DNA of 64,000 nt, from NCBI GenBank assembly GCA_964406895.1, contig CAYOTK010000003.1:9529-73528 (forward strand), in the 5' to 3' direction. Under the pieces are notes generated by a model. It was not told the DNA's origin and did no database searches. It saw nothing but the letters and a program-made list of their open reading frames with translations. This DNA is from an uncultured Candidatus Saccharibacteria bacterium. GTDB taxonomy: Bacteria; Patescibacteriota; Minisyncoccia; Phycocordibacterales; PALSA-1337. Shown here one piece after another: positions 1-9,214 of this stretch (its first letter is position 1; the number at the start of each line of letters is the position of its first letter). A program made the translations under genes and the position numbers.

Positions 1-9
1 GCGGGCGCA

Positions 10-330
10 GTGTCGGCTAACGAACTTCTTCCATCGATTTTGAAGGGCTACATCAATCAAGCTTTCGGCCTGAGGGAGCTGGTAGGCATTTGTGGCGCGG
101 GCCTCCAGTTCTACCGAAGACACTTCGACCCAACCTTTTCCTACTACGGATGGGCTGGGCTTGTGCGGGCGAAATTTGATGGGAAAGCGGAAGAAGAGGA
201 CTTGGTTCCTTGTGTTGTGGTGAACACAGATGGAACGCCACTTATCCTTTGGCGTCGGGTGAACAATTTGTTTTTTGCCCCCACGGACGTCTCGCTTCTC
301 TACAGAGATCCGCCCATCATCTGCACCTGA
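10..330 (+). CDS. hypothetical protein in a high-GC island. It starts at GTG at 10 and the reading frame stays open to the window edge, so it may be 5'-truncated
   Basis: A 106-aa ORF in a ~58% GC block, followed by a hairpin plus T-run (361-398) and then the palindromic element at 399-423. I see no recognisable domain. Confidence 0.3.
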   Translation: MSANELLPSILKGYINQAFGLRELVGICGAGLQFYRRHFDPTFSYYGWAGLVRAKFDGKAEEEDLVPCVVVNTDGTPLILWRRVNNLFFAPTDVSLLYRDPPIICT

Positions 331-360
331 GGCATTATTCGCACTCATGCTCTTTCACCC

Positions 361-398
361 CGCCGCTTGGCTTGTCCGAGCGGCTGGTTTTTTTATGA
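361..398 (+). terminator. rho-independent terminator candidate for the island-1 ORF
   Basis: ccgcttgg-cttgt-ccgagcgg hairpin (8 bp including one G-U pair) followed by ctggttttttt. Confidence 0.4.
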
Positions 399-429
399 GG
401 TCGGACCTTCAAAAGGTCCGACCTCAAAA
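397..429. repeat. palindromic repeat element copy 1 (GGTCGGACC-ttcaaaa-GGTCCGACC)
   Basis: Perfect 9-bp stem with a 7-nt loop. A near-identical copy, with the same GA/AAAA flanks, occurs at 50702-50735. Confidence 0.55.
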
Positions 430-469
430 CTTAATGAGTTATGCACAGAAAAATGTTTTAAAGTTTATC

Positions 470-510
470 AAAGTGGTATATAATATCAACCAAGTGGGAA
501 GAAGTAGCAA
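470..510 (+). promoter_or_regulatory. mraZ promoter region with candidate MraZ operator repeats
   Basis: TATAAT at 479-484. AGTGGT, AGTGGG and AGTAGC hexamers start at 472, 493 and 504, a spacing of 21 and 11 bp. This resembles the GTGGG direct repeats bound by MraZ upstream of dcw operons. Confidence 0.35.
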
Positions 511-536
511 ATAAGTTACTCCATCTCGCGGCATAT

Positions 537-980
537 ATGCTCATCGGAGAATATTCTCATACATTCGACGAAAAGAGCCGCATTTCTCTTCCGGCCAAAT
601 TCCGCAAGGAAATGGGTCCCAAAGTCGTGATAGCACCAGGGATAGACAATTGTCTCTTCGTCTTCACGATGAAAGGATGGAAGGGTTTTGCAGAGCGACT
701 TACTCGTTCGGATACTTCTTCGGTGTTGCAGGCGGACAATCGAAACTTCAACCGCTTGATAATTGGTCGAGCGGTTGAGGTGGAGGTTGATAGTATGGGA
801 CGCATGCTTGTGCCAGAACATTTGCGAGCACACGCAAGCCTCTCAGGCAAAACCATATTTGTCGGTGTCTTGAATCGTGTTGAGATCTGGGATGAGAAGT
901 CTTGGGTCGCATATCGACAAGAATATGAGAAGAAGACCGACATTATGGCAGAGAAGTTAAGTGGTGTGGGCATGATATAG
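537..980 (+). CDS. mraZ: transcriptional regulator MraZ
   Basis: 147 aa. It has the duplicated MraZ fold and sits first in the mraZ-rsmH-ftsL-ftsI order. Confidence 0.9.
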   Translation: MLIGEYSHTFDEKSRISLPAKFRKEMGPKVVIAPGIDNCLFVFTMKGWKGFAERLTRSDTSSVLQADNRNFNRLIIGRAVEVEVDSMGRMLVPEHLRAHASLSGKTIFVGVLNRVEIWDEKSWVAYRQEYEKKTDIMAEKLSGVGMI

Positions 981-982
981 AT

Positions 983-1885
983 ATGAAAAGCGTTCATAAA
1001 TCAGTTCTTTTACAAGAAGTAGTCGACGGACTATATATCGGATTACAGGGTGGAGAGACCAAGTGGTATTTGGATGGCACATTGGGTGGTGCAGGACATG
1101 CGCTCGCAATGGCAAAAGCATTCAAAGGCAATATCGATATACTTGGTCTGGATGCGGATTCAAAAGCCATAGAGAGAGCAAAAGAAACCTTGCAAGGACA
1201 GTGCAAGAGATTGATACTCGAAGCCAGAAGCTATCGTCATTTGGATGAAGTATTGGACAAGAATGAAGTGCAGAATATCGATCTTATGTTACTAGACTTG
1301 GGTTTGTCATCAGATGAATTGGAAAATTCAGGTAAAGGATTTTCTTTTCAGAAAGATGAACCATTGCTCATGACCTTCGGAGATAAAGATTATTATTTCA
1401 ATGCATATGATGTGATCAATTCATGGAAAGAAGAAGATTTGTCCAATGTAATATTCGCTTATGGTGAAGAAAGATATGCAAGAAGAATAGCGCGATCCAT
1501 AGTGCGATACCGAGAAAAAAAGAAAGTCGAAACATCAGGAGAGTTGGCAGAACTTGTGAAGATGTCAGTACCACCACCTTATAGACACGGCAAAACCCAT
1601 CCCGCAACCAAGACTTTTCAAGCGTTGAGAATAGTTGTTAACGATGAACTTGCATGTCTAAGAGAAGGTTTACATAAAGGTTTCCAAAGATTAAATAGTG
1701 GCGGAAGGATAGCAGTAATATCATTTCATAGTTTGGAAGACAGAATAGTCAAGAATTTTTTTCAAGAAAAAAAGAAAGAGGGACTAGGAGAGATACCATC
1801 GAAACATATTGTCCCAAGTGCACAAGAAATCGTGGAGAATCCAAGATCTCGAAGTGCAAAATTAAGAATAATTCATAAAAAATAA
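983..1885 (+). CDS. rsmH: 16S rRNA (cytosine1402-N4)-methyltransferase RsmH/MraW
   Basis: 300 aa with a GGAGHA SAM-binding region, immediately downstream of mraZ. Confidence 0.9.
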   Translation: MKSVHKSVLLQEVVDGLYIGLQGGETKWYLDGTLGGAGHALAMAKAFKGNIDILGLDADSKAIERAKETLQGQCKRLILEARSYRHLDEVLDKNEVQNIDLMLLDLGLSSDELENSGKGFSFQKDEPLLMTFGDKDYYFNAYDVINSWKEEDLSNVIFAYGEERYARRIARSIVRYREKKKVETSGELAELVKMSVPPPYRHGKTHPATKTFQALRIVVNDELACLREGLHKGFQRLNSGGRIAVISFHSLEDRIVKNFFQEKKKEGLGEIPSKHIVPSAQEIVENPRSRSAKLRIIHKK

Positions 1886-1887
1886 AA

Positions 1888-2223
1888 ATGACCAAAGCAA
1901 TAGTAAAAACATACAATATAGCGAATCATTACTCGAGAAATGTCTTTTATTCTTGTCTTGTTTTCGCAACGATTTTCCTACTATCATATTGTTTTGGTGT
2001 TTACAAAGTTATTACACACACAGTTAGTTTGCAGAAATCAGAGTCATTGTCTCAAGAACTTTCTTTGCAAGTTCAGTCCTTAGACAAGAAATACATGGAA
2101 TTATCTAGTGATATAACTCCCGAGACAATAGCAAAATACGGTTTGCATGAAGTAGAAGTCAAGAATTTCATAGCCAAGAATTCTTCCTTCGGTCGTCTAG
2201 CAAGAAGTGGCCATGAACTCTAA
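1888..2223 (+). CDS. ftsL: FtsL-like cell division protein (small bitopic membrane protein)
   Basis: 111 aa with a single TM segment, then a coiled-coil-like stretch. It sits in the position between rsmH and ftsI. Confidence 0.5.
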   Translation: MTKAIVKTYNIANHYSRNVFYSCLVFATIFLLSYCFGVYKVITHTVSLQKSESLSQELSLQVQSLDKKYMELSSDITPETIAKYGLHEVEVKNFIAKNSSFGRLARSGHEL

Positions 2224-3934
2224 TCAGAAGATTAGAACTCGTATAGTACTTATCTGTATAATAGTTGTGGCATTGTGTATTGCCACAGCTTTGTATTTCA
2301 CGCAAATAGTGAATGGTGATAGTTATGCCAAAAAGGCTGATAAACAATATACGAAACCAAATATTTCTATTCTCGATAGAGGCACAATATATTTCAGGAA
2401 TAAAGACGGATCGAAAGTATCAGCCGCATCAATAATGAGTGGATATTCGATATATATGAATCCAGGATTGATCCAAAATCCTGCCGAAACATATGATGCC
2501 TTGTCACAATATATAACAATTAACAAAGATGATTTCTTGAAAAAAGCTAGCAGGAAGAATGATCCATATGAAGAAATAATTCACAAAGCTAGCAGTGATA
2601 AAGCAATATCGATTGGTGAGCTGTCGCTCAAAGGTATAGGTATTTCTAGGGAAAATTGGCGAGTATATTCAGGGGATTCTTTGGCTTCACATGTACTAGG
2701 TATTATAGGTGAGAGCAAGCTTGGATTCATGGAAGGGAAGTATGGCATAGAAAAATCTTTTGATGGTGTTCTTCATAGGAAACAATCAGGTTCAGGCAAG
2801 AATACATTCGCGGAACTTATGACAGATCTTAAGGACAGTGTTTTCGGTGGAGTTAATAGTGGTACGGAGGGAGATGTTGTGACTTCAATAGAACCCGCTG
2901 TGCAAAGTTATCTCGAGAAAGTTTTGAAACAGAAAAGCAATGAATGGCGACCTGATGAAATCGGTGGCATCATTATTGATCCTTCTACAGGAGAAATCAT
3001 AGCTATGGCTGCATTGCCTGATTTCAATCCAAATGATCTAAGTGGTCTTAAGGATTTGAAAGTTCTATCCAATCCGCTCGTAGAAAGAGTCTATGAAATG
3101 GGCTCGATAGTCAAACCGTTAACGGTAGCAATCGGTCTTGATAGTGGGACTATTGATAAGAAATTTACTTACAATGATACTGGGACATTAACACTGAGCG
3201 GAAAGAAAATAAGCAACTTCGACGGCAAGGCAAGAGGAGTTACGCCTCTTCAGCAGGTCTTGAGTCAGTCCTTGAATGTGGGATCAGCCACCATTGCTCT
3301 TAAGGTTGGTAAAGACATATTTACGAAATATATGACAAATTTCGGTTTGGGCAGTCGCTCAGGTATTGATTTGCCAAATGAAGCCACCGGACTTGTCAAT
3401 AACTTCAAAACAGGTCGTGATGTTGAAATTGCTACAGCAGCATATGGTCAGGGAATAGCGATTTCACCTATTTCTATGGTGAGAGCTTTGGCTATTTTAG
3501 CGAACGGTGGCAAACTTATCACTCCTCATGTTGTCAAAGAGATTGATTATAAGAATGGTAATACACACAGCACTTACGATCCTCAATTGGCAAAGAGTGT
3601 TATTTCTCCAGACACGGCCGAAGCGGTAACATCGATGTTGGTCACAGTCGTCGATACGGCACTGAAGCAGGGTACGATCAAAAGACAACATTATTCAGTG
3701 GCGGCCAAAACTGGCACCGCACAAATTCCCGATCATGTGAATGGTGGTTATTATTCTGACAGATATTTGCACTCATTTTTCGGATATTTCCCGGCATACA
3801 ATCCCAAATTTTTGATTTTCTTGTATCAGATTTACCCCAAGGGTGCGCAATACGCTTCTGAAACTTTGACTGAACCATTCGACGGATTGACCAAATATCT
3901 GATAGACTATTACAGCATCCCTCCTGATAGGTGA
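2207..3934 (+). CDS. ftsI: penicillin-binding protein 2 / FtsI transpeptidase
   Basis: 575 aa. N-terminal TM segment, SxxK-like GSIVKP motif, and KTGTA near the C-terminus (the KTG box). Confidence 0.85.
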   Translation: MAMNSNQKIRTRIVLICIIVVALCIATALYFTQIVNGDSYAKKADKQYTKPNISILDRGTIYFRNKDGSKVSAASIMSGYSIYMNPGLIQNPAETYDALSQYITINKDDFLKKASRKNDPYEEIIHKASSDKAISIGELSLKGIGISRENWRVYSGDSLASHVLGIIGESKLGFMEGKYGIEKSFDGVLHRKQSGSGKNTFAELMTDLKDSVFGGVNSGTEGDVVTSIEPAVQSYLEKVLKQKSNEWRPDEIGGIIIDPSTGEIIAMAALPDFNPNDLSGLKDLKVLSNPLVERVYEMGSIVKPLTVAIGLDSGTIDKKFTYNDTGTLTLSGKKISNFDGKARGVTPLQQVLSQSLNVGSATIALKVGKDIFTKYMTNFGLGSRSGIDLPNEATGLVNNFKTGRDVEIATAAYGQGIAISPISMVRALAILANGGKLITPHVVKEIDYKNGNTHSTYDPQLAKSVISPDTAEAVTSMLVTVVDTALKQGTIKRQHYSVAAKTGTAQIPDHVNGGYYSDRYLHSFFGYFPAYNPKFLIFLYQIYPKGAQYASETLTEPFDGLTKYLIDYYSIPPDR

Positions 3935-3940
3935 TGTATT

Positions 3941-5245
3941 ATGCTTAAGAAAATTGTTGTATATATTCTCACAATAGAATCCAGACTTATTCTGGCCAAA
4001 TATAAGCCCTTTATAATCACTATTACAGGTAGTGTGGGCAAGACTAGTACCAAAGATGCTATTTTTTCTGCTATCAAAAACAATTTTCATTATGCGAGGA
4101 AAAGCTATAAGAGCATGAATAGTGAGATCGGTTTGCCTCTTACCATCATAGGTGCCGCAAATGCTTGGAAAAATATTCTAGGTTGGTCTAAGAATATTTT
4201 TATTGGTTTTCAACTTATTATTTTTCGTAAAGAATACCCTGATTGTCTTGTCCTAGAAATTGGCGCAGATCATCCAAACGATATAAAGAAAGTTTCCAAA
4301 TGGTTGAAATCCGATATTGTTGTCATAAATAAAATTAGTAAAACTCCTGTACATGTCGAATTTTTCCCTTCAGCTCAAGATGTGTTCCAAGAAAAATCTT
4401 ATCTCATTGATACTTTGAAGAACAATGCAACTCTTATTCTGTATGGAGATGATGAACAAACACTCTCTCTTTCTCAAAAAGCCAAAGAAACCAATTCAAA
4501 GGTTTTGACATTTGGTGTAGATAAGCCGGCGACTGTTCGCGGTTTGTCTTGTGAAGTCAAGTATGTGAGTGACACAAGCGCCGTACCTTTGGGTATGCAA
4601 TTCGATGTTGATATGGTTGGGGACAAATTAACTTTCAATATTCCAGGTATTATCGGTAATACATATATTTATCCTATTCTCGCCGTTATTGCGGTTGCCA
4701 AATCTCTATCGATATCTTCATCACAAATCATAAAGTCCTTGAATGAGTACGAGCCACCTAGAGGTCGTATGAATATTATAAAAGGCAAGAATGATGTAAC
4801 GATAATTGATGACAGTTACAATTCTTCTCCTGATGCCGTCCTATCATCACTGCAATCCCTCAATAGTATTCGTTGTACAGGTGCCAAGATCGCTATTTTG
4901 GGTGATATGATGGAACTTGGTAAATTCTCTTCTCAAGAACACAAGAATATCGGCGCTGAATCAGTCAAATATTGCAACAAGCTTTTTGTGGTTGGTCTTA
5001 GATCTGAGGCAACTGCCAATGAAGCGATCAGAAATGGTATGAATCCAGATCTTGTAAGACGTTATAGAGATTCCCGTGAATTAGCGGCAGAAATTTCTGA
5101 TTTTGTTAAGGCAGGTGATATAGTGCTCGTGAAGGGTTCGCAATCTATGAGGATGGAAAGGATAGTCGCGGCTCTCATGGCTGAACCAGAACTTGCTTCG
5201 CAGTATTTGGTTAGGCAAGAGAAGGAATGGCTTGAGAAAAAGTAA
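3941..5245 (+). CDS. murF: Mur ligase family protein, MurF-like (UDP-MurNAc-tripeptide--D-Ala-D-Ala ligase)
   Basis: 434 aa with the ITGSVGKTSTKD P-loop of Mur ligases, in the dcw position after ftsI. Confidence 0.65.
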   Translation: MLKKIVVYILTIESRLILAKYKPFIITITGSVGKTSTKDAIFSAIKNNFHYARKSYKSMNSEIGLPLTIIGAANAWKNILGWSKNIFIGFQLIIFRKEYPDCLVLEIGADHPNDIKKVSKWLKSDIVVINKISKTPVHVEFFPSAQDVFQEKSYLIDTLKNNATLILYGDDEQTLSLSQKAKETNSKVLTFGVDKPATVRGLSCEVKYVSDTSAVPLGMQFDVDMVGDKLTFNIPGIIGNTYIYPILAVIAVAKSLSISSSQIIKSLNEYEPPRGRMNIIKGKNDVTIIDDSYNSSPDAVLSSLQSLNSIRCTGAKIAILGDMMELGKFSSQEHKNIGAESVKYCNKLFVVGLRSEATANEAIRNGMNPDLVRRYRDSRELAAEISDFVKAGDIVLVKGSQSMRMERIVAALMAEPELASQYLVRQEKEWLEKK

Positions 5246-5293
5246 TTTTTAATGTATTATTTTTTTTGCGCATTGCTTCACGCGATGTGTCAC

Positions 5294-5365
5294 GGCCCTA
5301 TCGTCTAATGGTTAGGACACGGCCTTCTCAAGGCTGTAATCCGGGTTCGAGTCCCGGTAGGGTCA
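5294..5365 (+). tRNA. tRNA-Glu (anticodon CUC)
   Basis: 72-nt cloverleaf folded by hand. Acceptor GGCCCTA/TAGGGTC, D-arm GTCT/GGAC, anticodon stem CGGCC/GGCTG with loop TTCTCAA, T-arm CCGGG-TTCGAGT-CCCGG. No CCA is encoded. Confidence 0.85.
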
Positions 5366-5478
5366 CAAAATTTCCTTAATAATATAGACTGACCTTGTTT
5401 CGTTGCCCAATTTAATGATATGTGTTATTGTTTGTTTTGTATTGAAACCGGCTTTTGTGAGCCGAGAAAGGACGACTG

Positions 5479-5643
5479 ATGAAAGTAATAAAAGCATTGC
5501 TGGGGGCACTGGCGATTACGGCAATATCCTGCACCTTACTCGCTCTCACGGGGGGTGTGCCTGACATGGAAAAGCTTCCGTGGAACGGCGGGCAGATGTT
5601 TGTCACAGCGCTTGTTGTGCTCTTGATCTACAACAAAAAATAG
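5479..5643 (+). CDS. 54-aa two-TM membrane peptide in a high-GC mini-island next to the tRNA 3' end (below the cutoff of the ORF track)
   Basis: MKVIKALLGALAITAISC...LIYNKK. GAAAGGA lies 7 nt before the ATG. The segment is ~55% GC against a ~33% backbone. Confidence 0.35.
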   Translation: MKVIKALLGALAITAISCTLLALTGGVPDMEKLPWNGGQMFVTALVVLLIYNKK

Positions 5644-5694
5644 TCCTGACAGGAGCATACAGAGGTTCTGGCTTCGGTCAGGACTTTCTGTTTT
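5644..5694 (+). terminator. hairpin plus T-run downstream of the small ORF
   Basis: gtcctgac...gtcaggac (8-bp stem, 25-nt loop) followed by tttctgtttt. Confidence 0.35.
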
Positions 5695-5720
5695 ATGACA
5701 AAAGATGCTAAGCTTATACT

Positions 5721-5987
5721 ATGAACGAGCAAGAAATTGCCAGAGAAATAGAACTCTTGAAAACTCGAAATCAACGAGTAGAAGCTGATAAGGCTTGGGA
5801 AGTAAGCTGGTCTCGCAGACTACTTATCGCACTTATAACTTTTATTGTTGCCAGTATTTGGTTAAGAGTTATTGAGGAAAACAATGTGTTCTTTAAAGCG
5901 GTAGTCCCAACCGCGGGCTATCTATTGTCTACAATTTCTATTCCGTTCATCAAGAAATTTTGGATAAATAAAATATGCAATTCTTAG
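5721..5987 (+). CDS. hypothetical membrane protein
   Basis: 88 aa with an N-terminal coiled-coil-like stretch and then a TM helix. Confidence 0.4.
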   Translation: MNEQEIAREIELLKTRNQRVEADKAWEVSWSRRLLIALITFIVASIWLRVIEENNVFFKAVVPTAGYLLSTISIPFIKKFWINKICNS

Positions 5988-6074
5988 AAAGATATCAAAA
6001 ACTAAAGCCAGCAATTGTCGCCATCTTAGGTAGAATTTTTACTGAATAAATATCAAGACAGGATTCTAAATAAT

Positions 6075-7274
6075 ATGAACAAAATAATTAATGCGATAAA
6101 TTTGTATAAGATTGTGTTAATTATTGTTTTTATTGTCGTGTTGGTGTTCACAGTGAAGTATATTCGTTTTGATGATGCAGGAAATTCTGTACATGATTCT
6201 GATTTTAATAAACCAATCATATCTACAATTGTTACTGATTCATCGATAAAGTTACTTCTGAATGCAACAACGTCACCAATTGATACAACTAATTGGATAA
6301 GTGACACTGATGATAATTTTGATATATCATTCAAATACCCGTCGTCTTGGTTCTTATCAACAAATACAGATGAAAATGGTGCATATATCCTGACCGTTAC
6401 TAACTCTGACTTGAACAATGTATTCAAAATATTTTATACAAATTATGAAAATTGTGGTGGAAATGGTTACGATCAACCAGAACTAAGAGGCTACAAAGTT
6501 TCAGATAGTAATTGGGGTATAAGAGAAACATATATTTTACGTAGTGTGTGTTTTACAGACAAGCAGGTGGTAATTTATATGTCAGCAGGTTCAATTCAAG
6601 CAAAAAGTATCGAAGAACAAATATTAAATACCATATCCTTTGCAAAAAATGATCCCAAGGCATGGAAACATTTTTCTAACAGTAATCTTGGATTAGAATT
6701 TGATTATCCAACATATCTTGGTCATGTTATCGTTGAGAAAGGATCTCGAGGTTGTCCAGAGATGAAAACTTATTCTAGAAATGGTCAATTACCCACTGAG
6801 GATTACAATATCTGGTTTACAAATATGCAACGTATTGGTGTCGGTGGTTCTTATATGGATTACCATATTTCTGTGATTAGGACTGAGAACAATGTCAATA
6901 TATGTGGTAAAGATTTACTTGATTTCCGAAAAGATATTATACGTGATCCAAAATACCAGTCATCAGAATTTCCTCACCAGTTTGCTTCAAATGCGTACGT
7001 CTCAACAGTCGATACAACTATCGGTACATCTGTCAATCAGTTCTATACTCTGTATTTTATAAAAAGAAATATGATCAATGTTATTCAGCCAAATATCACT
7101 TTTATCCCTGTTGCTGGTTCAGATGAAGCGAAAGAAATTTCAAAAAATGAAACACCTGATGATCCATTCTCATCGATAGTTAATTTTGTTTTACATCATG
7201 ATAATGCTAAAAAGATTCGCGATTATTTACATGATTTTAGAAAAATTGTTGATACAATAAAAGTTAATGATTAA
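6075..7274 (+). CDS. hypothetical membrane-anchored protein
   Basis: 399 aa with an N-terminal TM anchor. No recognisable domain. AT-rich, so native to the backbone. Confidence 0.55.
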   Translation: MNKIINAINLYKIVLIIVFIVVLVFTVKYIRFDDAGNSVHDSDFNKPIISTIVTDSSIKLLLNATTSPIDTTNWISDTDDNFDISFKYPSSWFLSTNTDENGAYILTVTNSDLNNVFKIFYTNYENCGGNGYDQPELRGYKVSDSNWGIRETYILRSVCFTDKQVVIYMSAGSIQAKSIEEQILNTISFAKNDPKAWKHFSNSNLGLEFDYPTYLGHVIVEKGSRGCPEMKTYSRNGQLPTEDYNIWFTNMQRIGVGGSYMDYHISVIRTENNVNICGKDLLDFRKDIIRDPKYQSSEFPHQFASNAYVSTVDTTIGTSVNQFYTLYFIKRNMINVIQPNITFIPVAGSDEAKEISKNETPDDPFSSIVNFVLHHDNAKKIRDYLHDFRKIVDTIKVND

Positions 7275-7384
7275 ATTTTTCAATATACTGTTTATTATTG
7301 TTTCATCTAGTATTAATGCCTTTGGTTTGTCCCAGAAATACAAAAAATATTGTATTTGACATTTGTCGTGAATAGACTTAGTCT

Positions 7385-7675
7385 TTGAATTTGAACATTC
7401 AAAACCTCAAGTTTATGACAAATGAAGAATCAAGTATCGATCTGCTTGCGACAGCATCTCCCCCTCAATTGACTGTTGAAATCGAAGGACGAGAACCCAT
7501 CATTGTTGTGCCTGAATTTGATTCTCTGGCTGAGGGTCTCTGTGCAGCTATCGCGGTGCGTTGCCCAGAACTCGGGTGTGTAACAGTAGAAGATGTGGTG
7601 AAGTGTGTGCAGGTGCTCGCAATCAACACTTCGACGCCCTATATCAAGATCCGATTCGTTCCTTTGCCAGGGTGA
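7385..7675 (+). CDS. hypothetical protein (~48% GC)
   Basis: 96 aa. Preceded by TTGACA-N17-TAGTCT at 7359-7387 and followed by a terminator at 7718-7750. Confidence 0.4.
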   Translation: MNLNIQNLKFMTNEESSIDLLATASPPQLTVEIEGREPIIVVPEFDSLAEGLCAAIAVRCPELGCVTVEDVVKCVQVLAINTSTPYIKIRFVPLPG

Positions 7676-7717
7676 CTAGGGCTGATGGTTTACGATCCGG
7701 TTGTTGATGGTCTCAAG

Positions 7718-7750
7718 AGGGAACGTGATGAACGTTTCCTCTTTTTGTAT
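7718..7750 (+). terminator. rho-independent terminator
   Basis: gagggaacg-N6-cgtttcctc followed by tttttgtat. Confidence 0.5.
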
Positions 7751-7801
7751 TATCAAAAGACAATTATTATGTAAGTATTTTTGAATTTAATATATTTATA
7801 C

Positions 7802-7836
7802 AAAAAAAGAGGCTGGAACAAGTCCAGCCCCTTTTG
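7802..7836. terminator. bidirectional rho-independent terminator
   Basis: aaaaaaa-gaggctgga-acaag-tccagcc-cctttt. An A-run precedes it and a T-run follows it. Confidence 0.55.
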
Positions 7837-7856
7837 AGTTCGTGGGGCGACGCCAA

Positions 7857-8645
7857 TCAGTGTCGCCGCCTCCATTCTTGGTGGTATCCACGACCTTTCC
7901 GACCGCGGCCATCAGTCCAACCGTTTTCGCCGGGTTTGGGCTTTTTTCCGCGATTGCACCCGCCGGCTGCCATAACCAGCTCTTCGGGACTTTTGTCTCC
8001 GGAGGTTTCTTCGCCGGATTCTCCAGTAAGACTCTCGGTGTCCGGTCCGAAAATTCCCGGACTCCACTCACGCACCGTTGTCTCGATGGTGGCCGGCAGC
8101 TTCGCTTGAGGCAAAACGGTTAAGACCGGTGCGGTTTCAGTGATGATCACCGATTGATGGCCGTTTCGCGCCGGTTTGTTTGGTTTCATGGGAATGACCT
8201 TGCCATTGAGAGCCTTTTCCAGCTCCGCCAGGCCGTTTTTGTTTTCCGCATCACGAAGGTAGAAGTGTTTGTACCCCCATACGTAAGCCCGGGGTTTTTC
8301 GCTGTCGTAGGTCGGCGGTCGATTATCCAGGATGTAAAGGATCTTATTTCCGACCCGAGGTGGTTGGTTGAAAACCTCGCGCTTAATGTAGGGGTCGCCG
8401 TTATCGTTGGCGGAGACCTTACGACTTCGATTCATTTCGAAGTAGATCTCTACGCCGCTCGCGAGATCAATTGCCAGGCCGCACCAGCGAGTCGGATTAT
8501 ACTCAGTCACTCTCGCCGTTCGGATTTTGCCCCAAATATACTGAGTTGCACTCATGTAGTTTTTCTCCCATCTCCCCAAACAAACCATTATGGTCGAGCA
8601 TAGCTCTTGGAATATCCTCATTTGATCAACCGCCAAGCTGATCAA
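7857..8645 (-). CDS. hypothetical protein in a high-GC island, with an Arg/Gly-rich C-terminal tail (start may be the internal ATG at 8555)
   Basis: 262-aa ORF in a ~57% GC block. A TTGACA-N17-TAGTCT promoter-like motif lies upstream on the minus strand (8670-8700). C-terminus ...GRGRKGRGYHQEWRRRH. No family recognised. Confidence 0.45.
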   Translation of the reverse strand: MISLAVDQMRIFQELCSTIMVCLGRWEKNYMSATQYIWGKIRTARVTEYNPTRWCGLAIDLASGVEIYFEMNRSRKVSANDNGDPYIKREVFNQPPRVGNKILYILDNRPPTYDSEKPRAYVWGYKHFYLRDAENKNGLAELEKALNGKVIPMKPNKPARNGHQSVIITETAPVLTVLPQAKLPATIETTVREWSPGIFGPDTESLTGESGEETSGDKSPEELVMAAGGCNRGKKPKPGENGWTDGRGRKGRGYHQEWRRRH

Positions 8646-8761
8646 TCAAGGTTTTCCATGTTTGGAGTTCTGCACGAGAGACTACCATAATAGTGTAGAA
8701 ATGTCAAACTATCGTGAGGCATTTTCAACAAGTAAGTGCACCATAAAATAAAACATACTTC

Positions 8762-9145
8762 TTACCTCACTAATTTTCTTATTATATCTACATAAACTTC
8801 ATGAATATTCATTTCATCAAGTTTCGATACATCACACCAAATATGTTTTGGATTATTTTTGTCAATTTTTATTTTTCCTGAATATACATATATATTTCCT
8901 GATTCATCATATTCCGGCAACGTGTATTTTGATGTTAATATAAATTTGATATTCTCTAGATTATTTATATTCGCTTCTTCTTTGAGTTCTCTTTGTAAGG
9001 CTTCACAGGGATTTTCTCCCATTTCTATTCCACCTCCAAATAATCCATATGTATTGGGAAAACGTTTGAGATGTGCACCTCTTTTTTGTAATAAAATTGC
9101 TTTTCTTTTGATTGTGAACAGAACCGATACGTCTCTTTTTTTCAT
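8762..9145 (-). CDS. NUDIX hydrolase
   Basis: Nudix box GGGIEMGENPCEALQRELKEEANI. Confidence 0.8.
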   Translation of the reverse strand: MKKRDVSVLFTIKRKAILLQKRGAHLKRFPNTYGLFGGGIEMGENPCEALQRELKEEANINNLENIKFILTSKYTLPEYDESGNIYVYSGKIKIDKNNPKHIWCDVSKLDEMNIHEVYVDIIRKLVR

Positions 9146-9214
9146 GCGACAATAATACTACAACTAAAACTTTTGCACAGTGAATTTCTATGAAAAAATC
9201 GCTATAATATTGTC

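Noticed and set aside
516-997. Minus-strand ORFs 516-833 and 557-997, antisense to mraZ
   Set aside because: They lie wholly inside the well-supported mraZ CDS on the opposite strand. Antisense artefacts.
7834-8123. Plus-strand ORFs 7834-8109 and 7842-8123 inside the high-GC block
   Set aside because: They are low-complexity Pro/Ser-rich translations of the strand opposite the longer 262-aa ORF. A GC-rich frame artefact.
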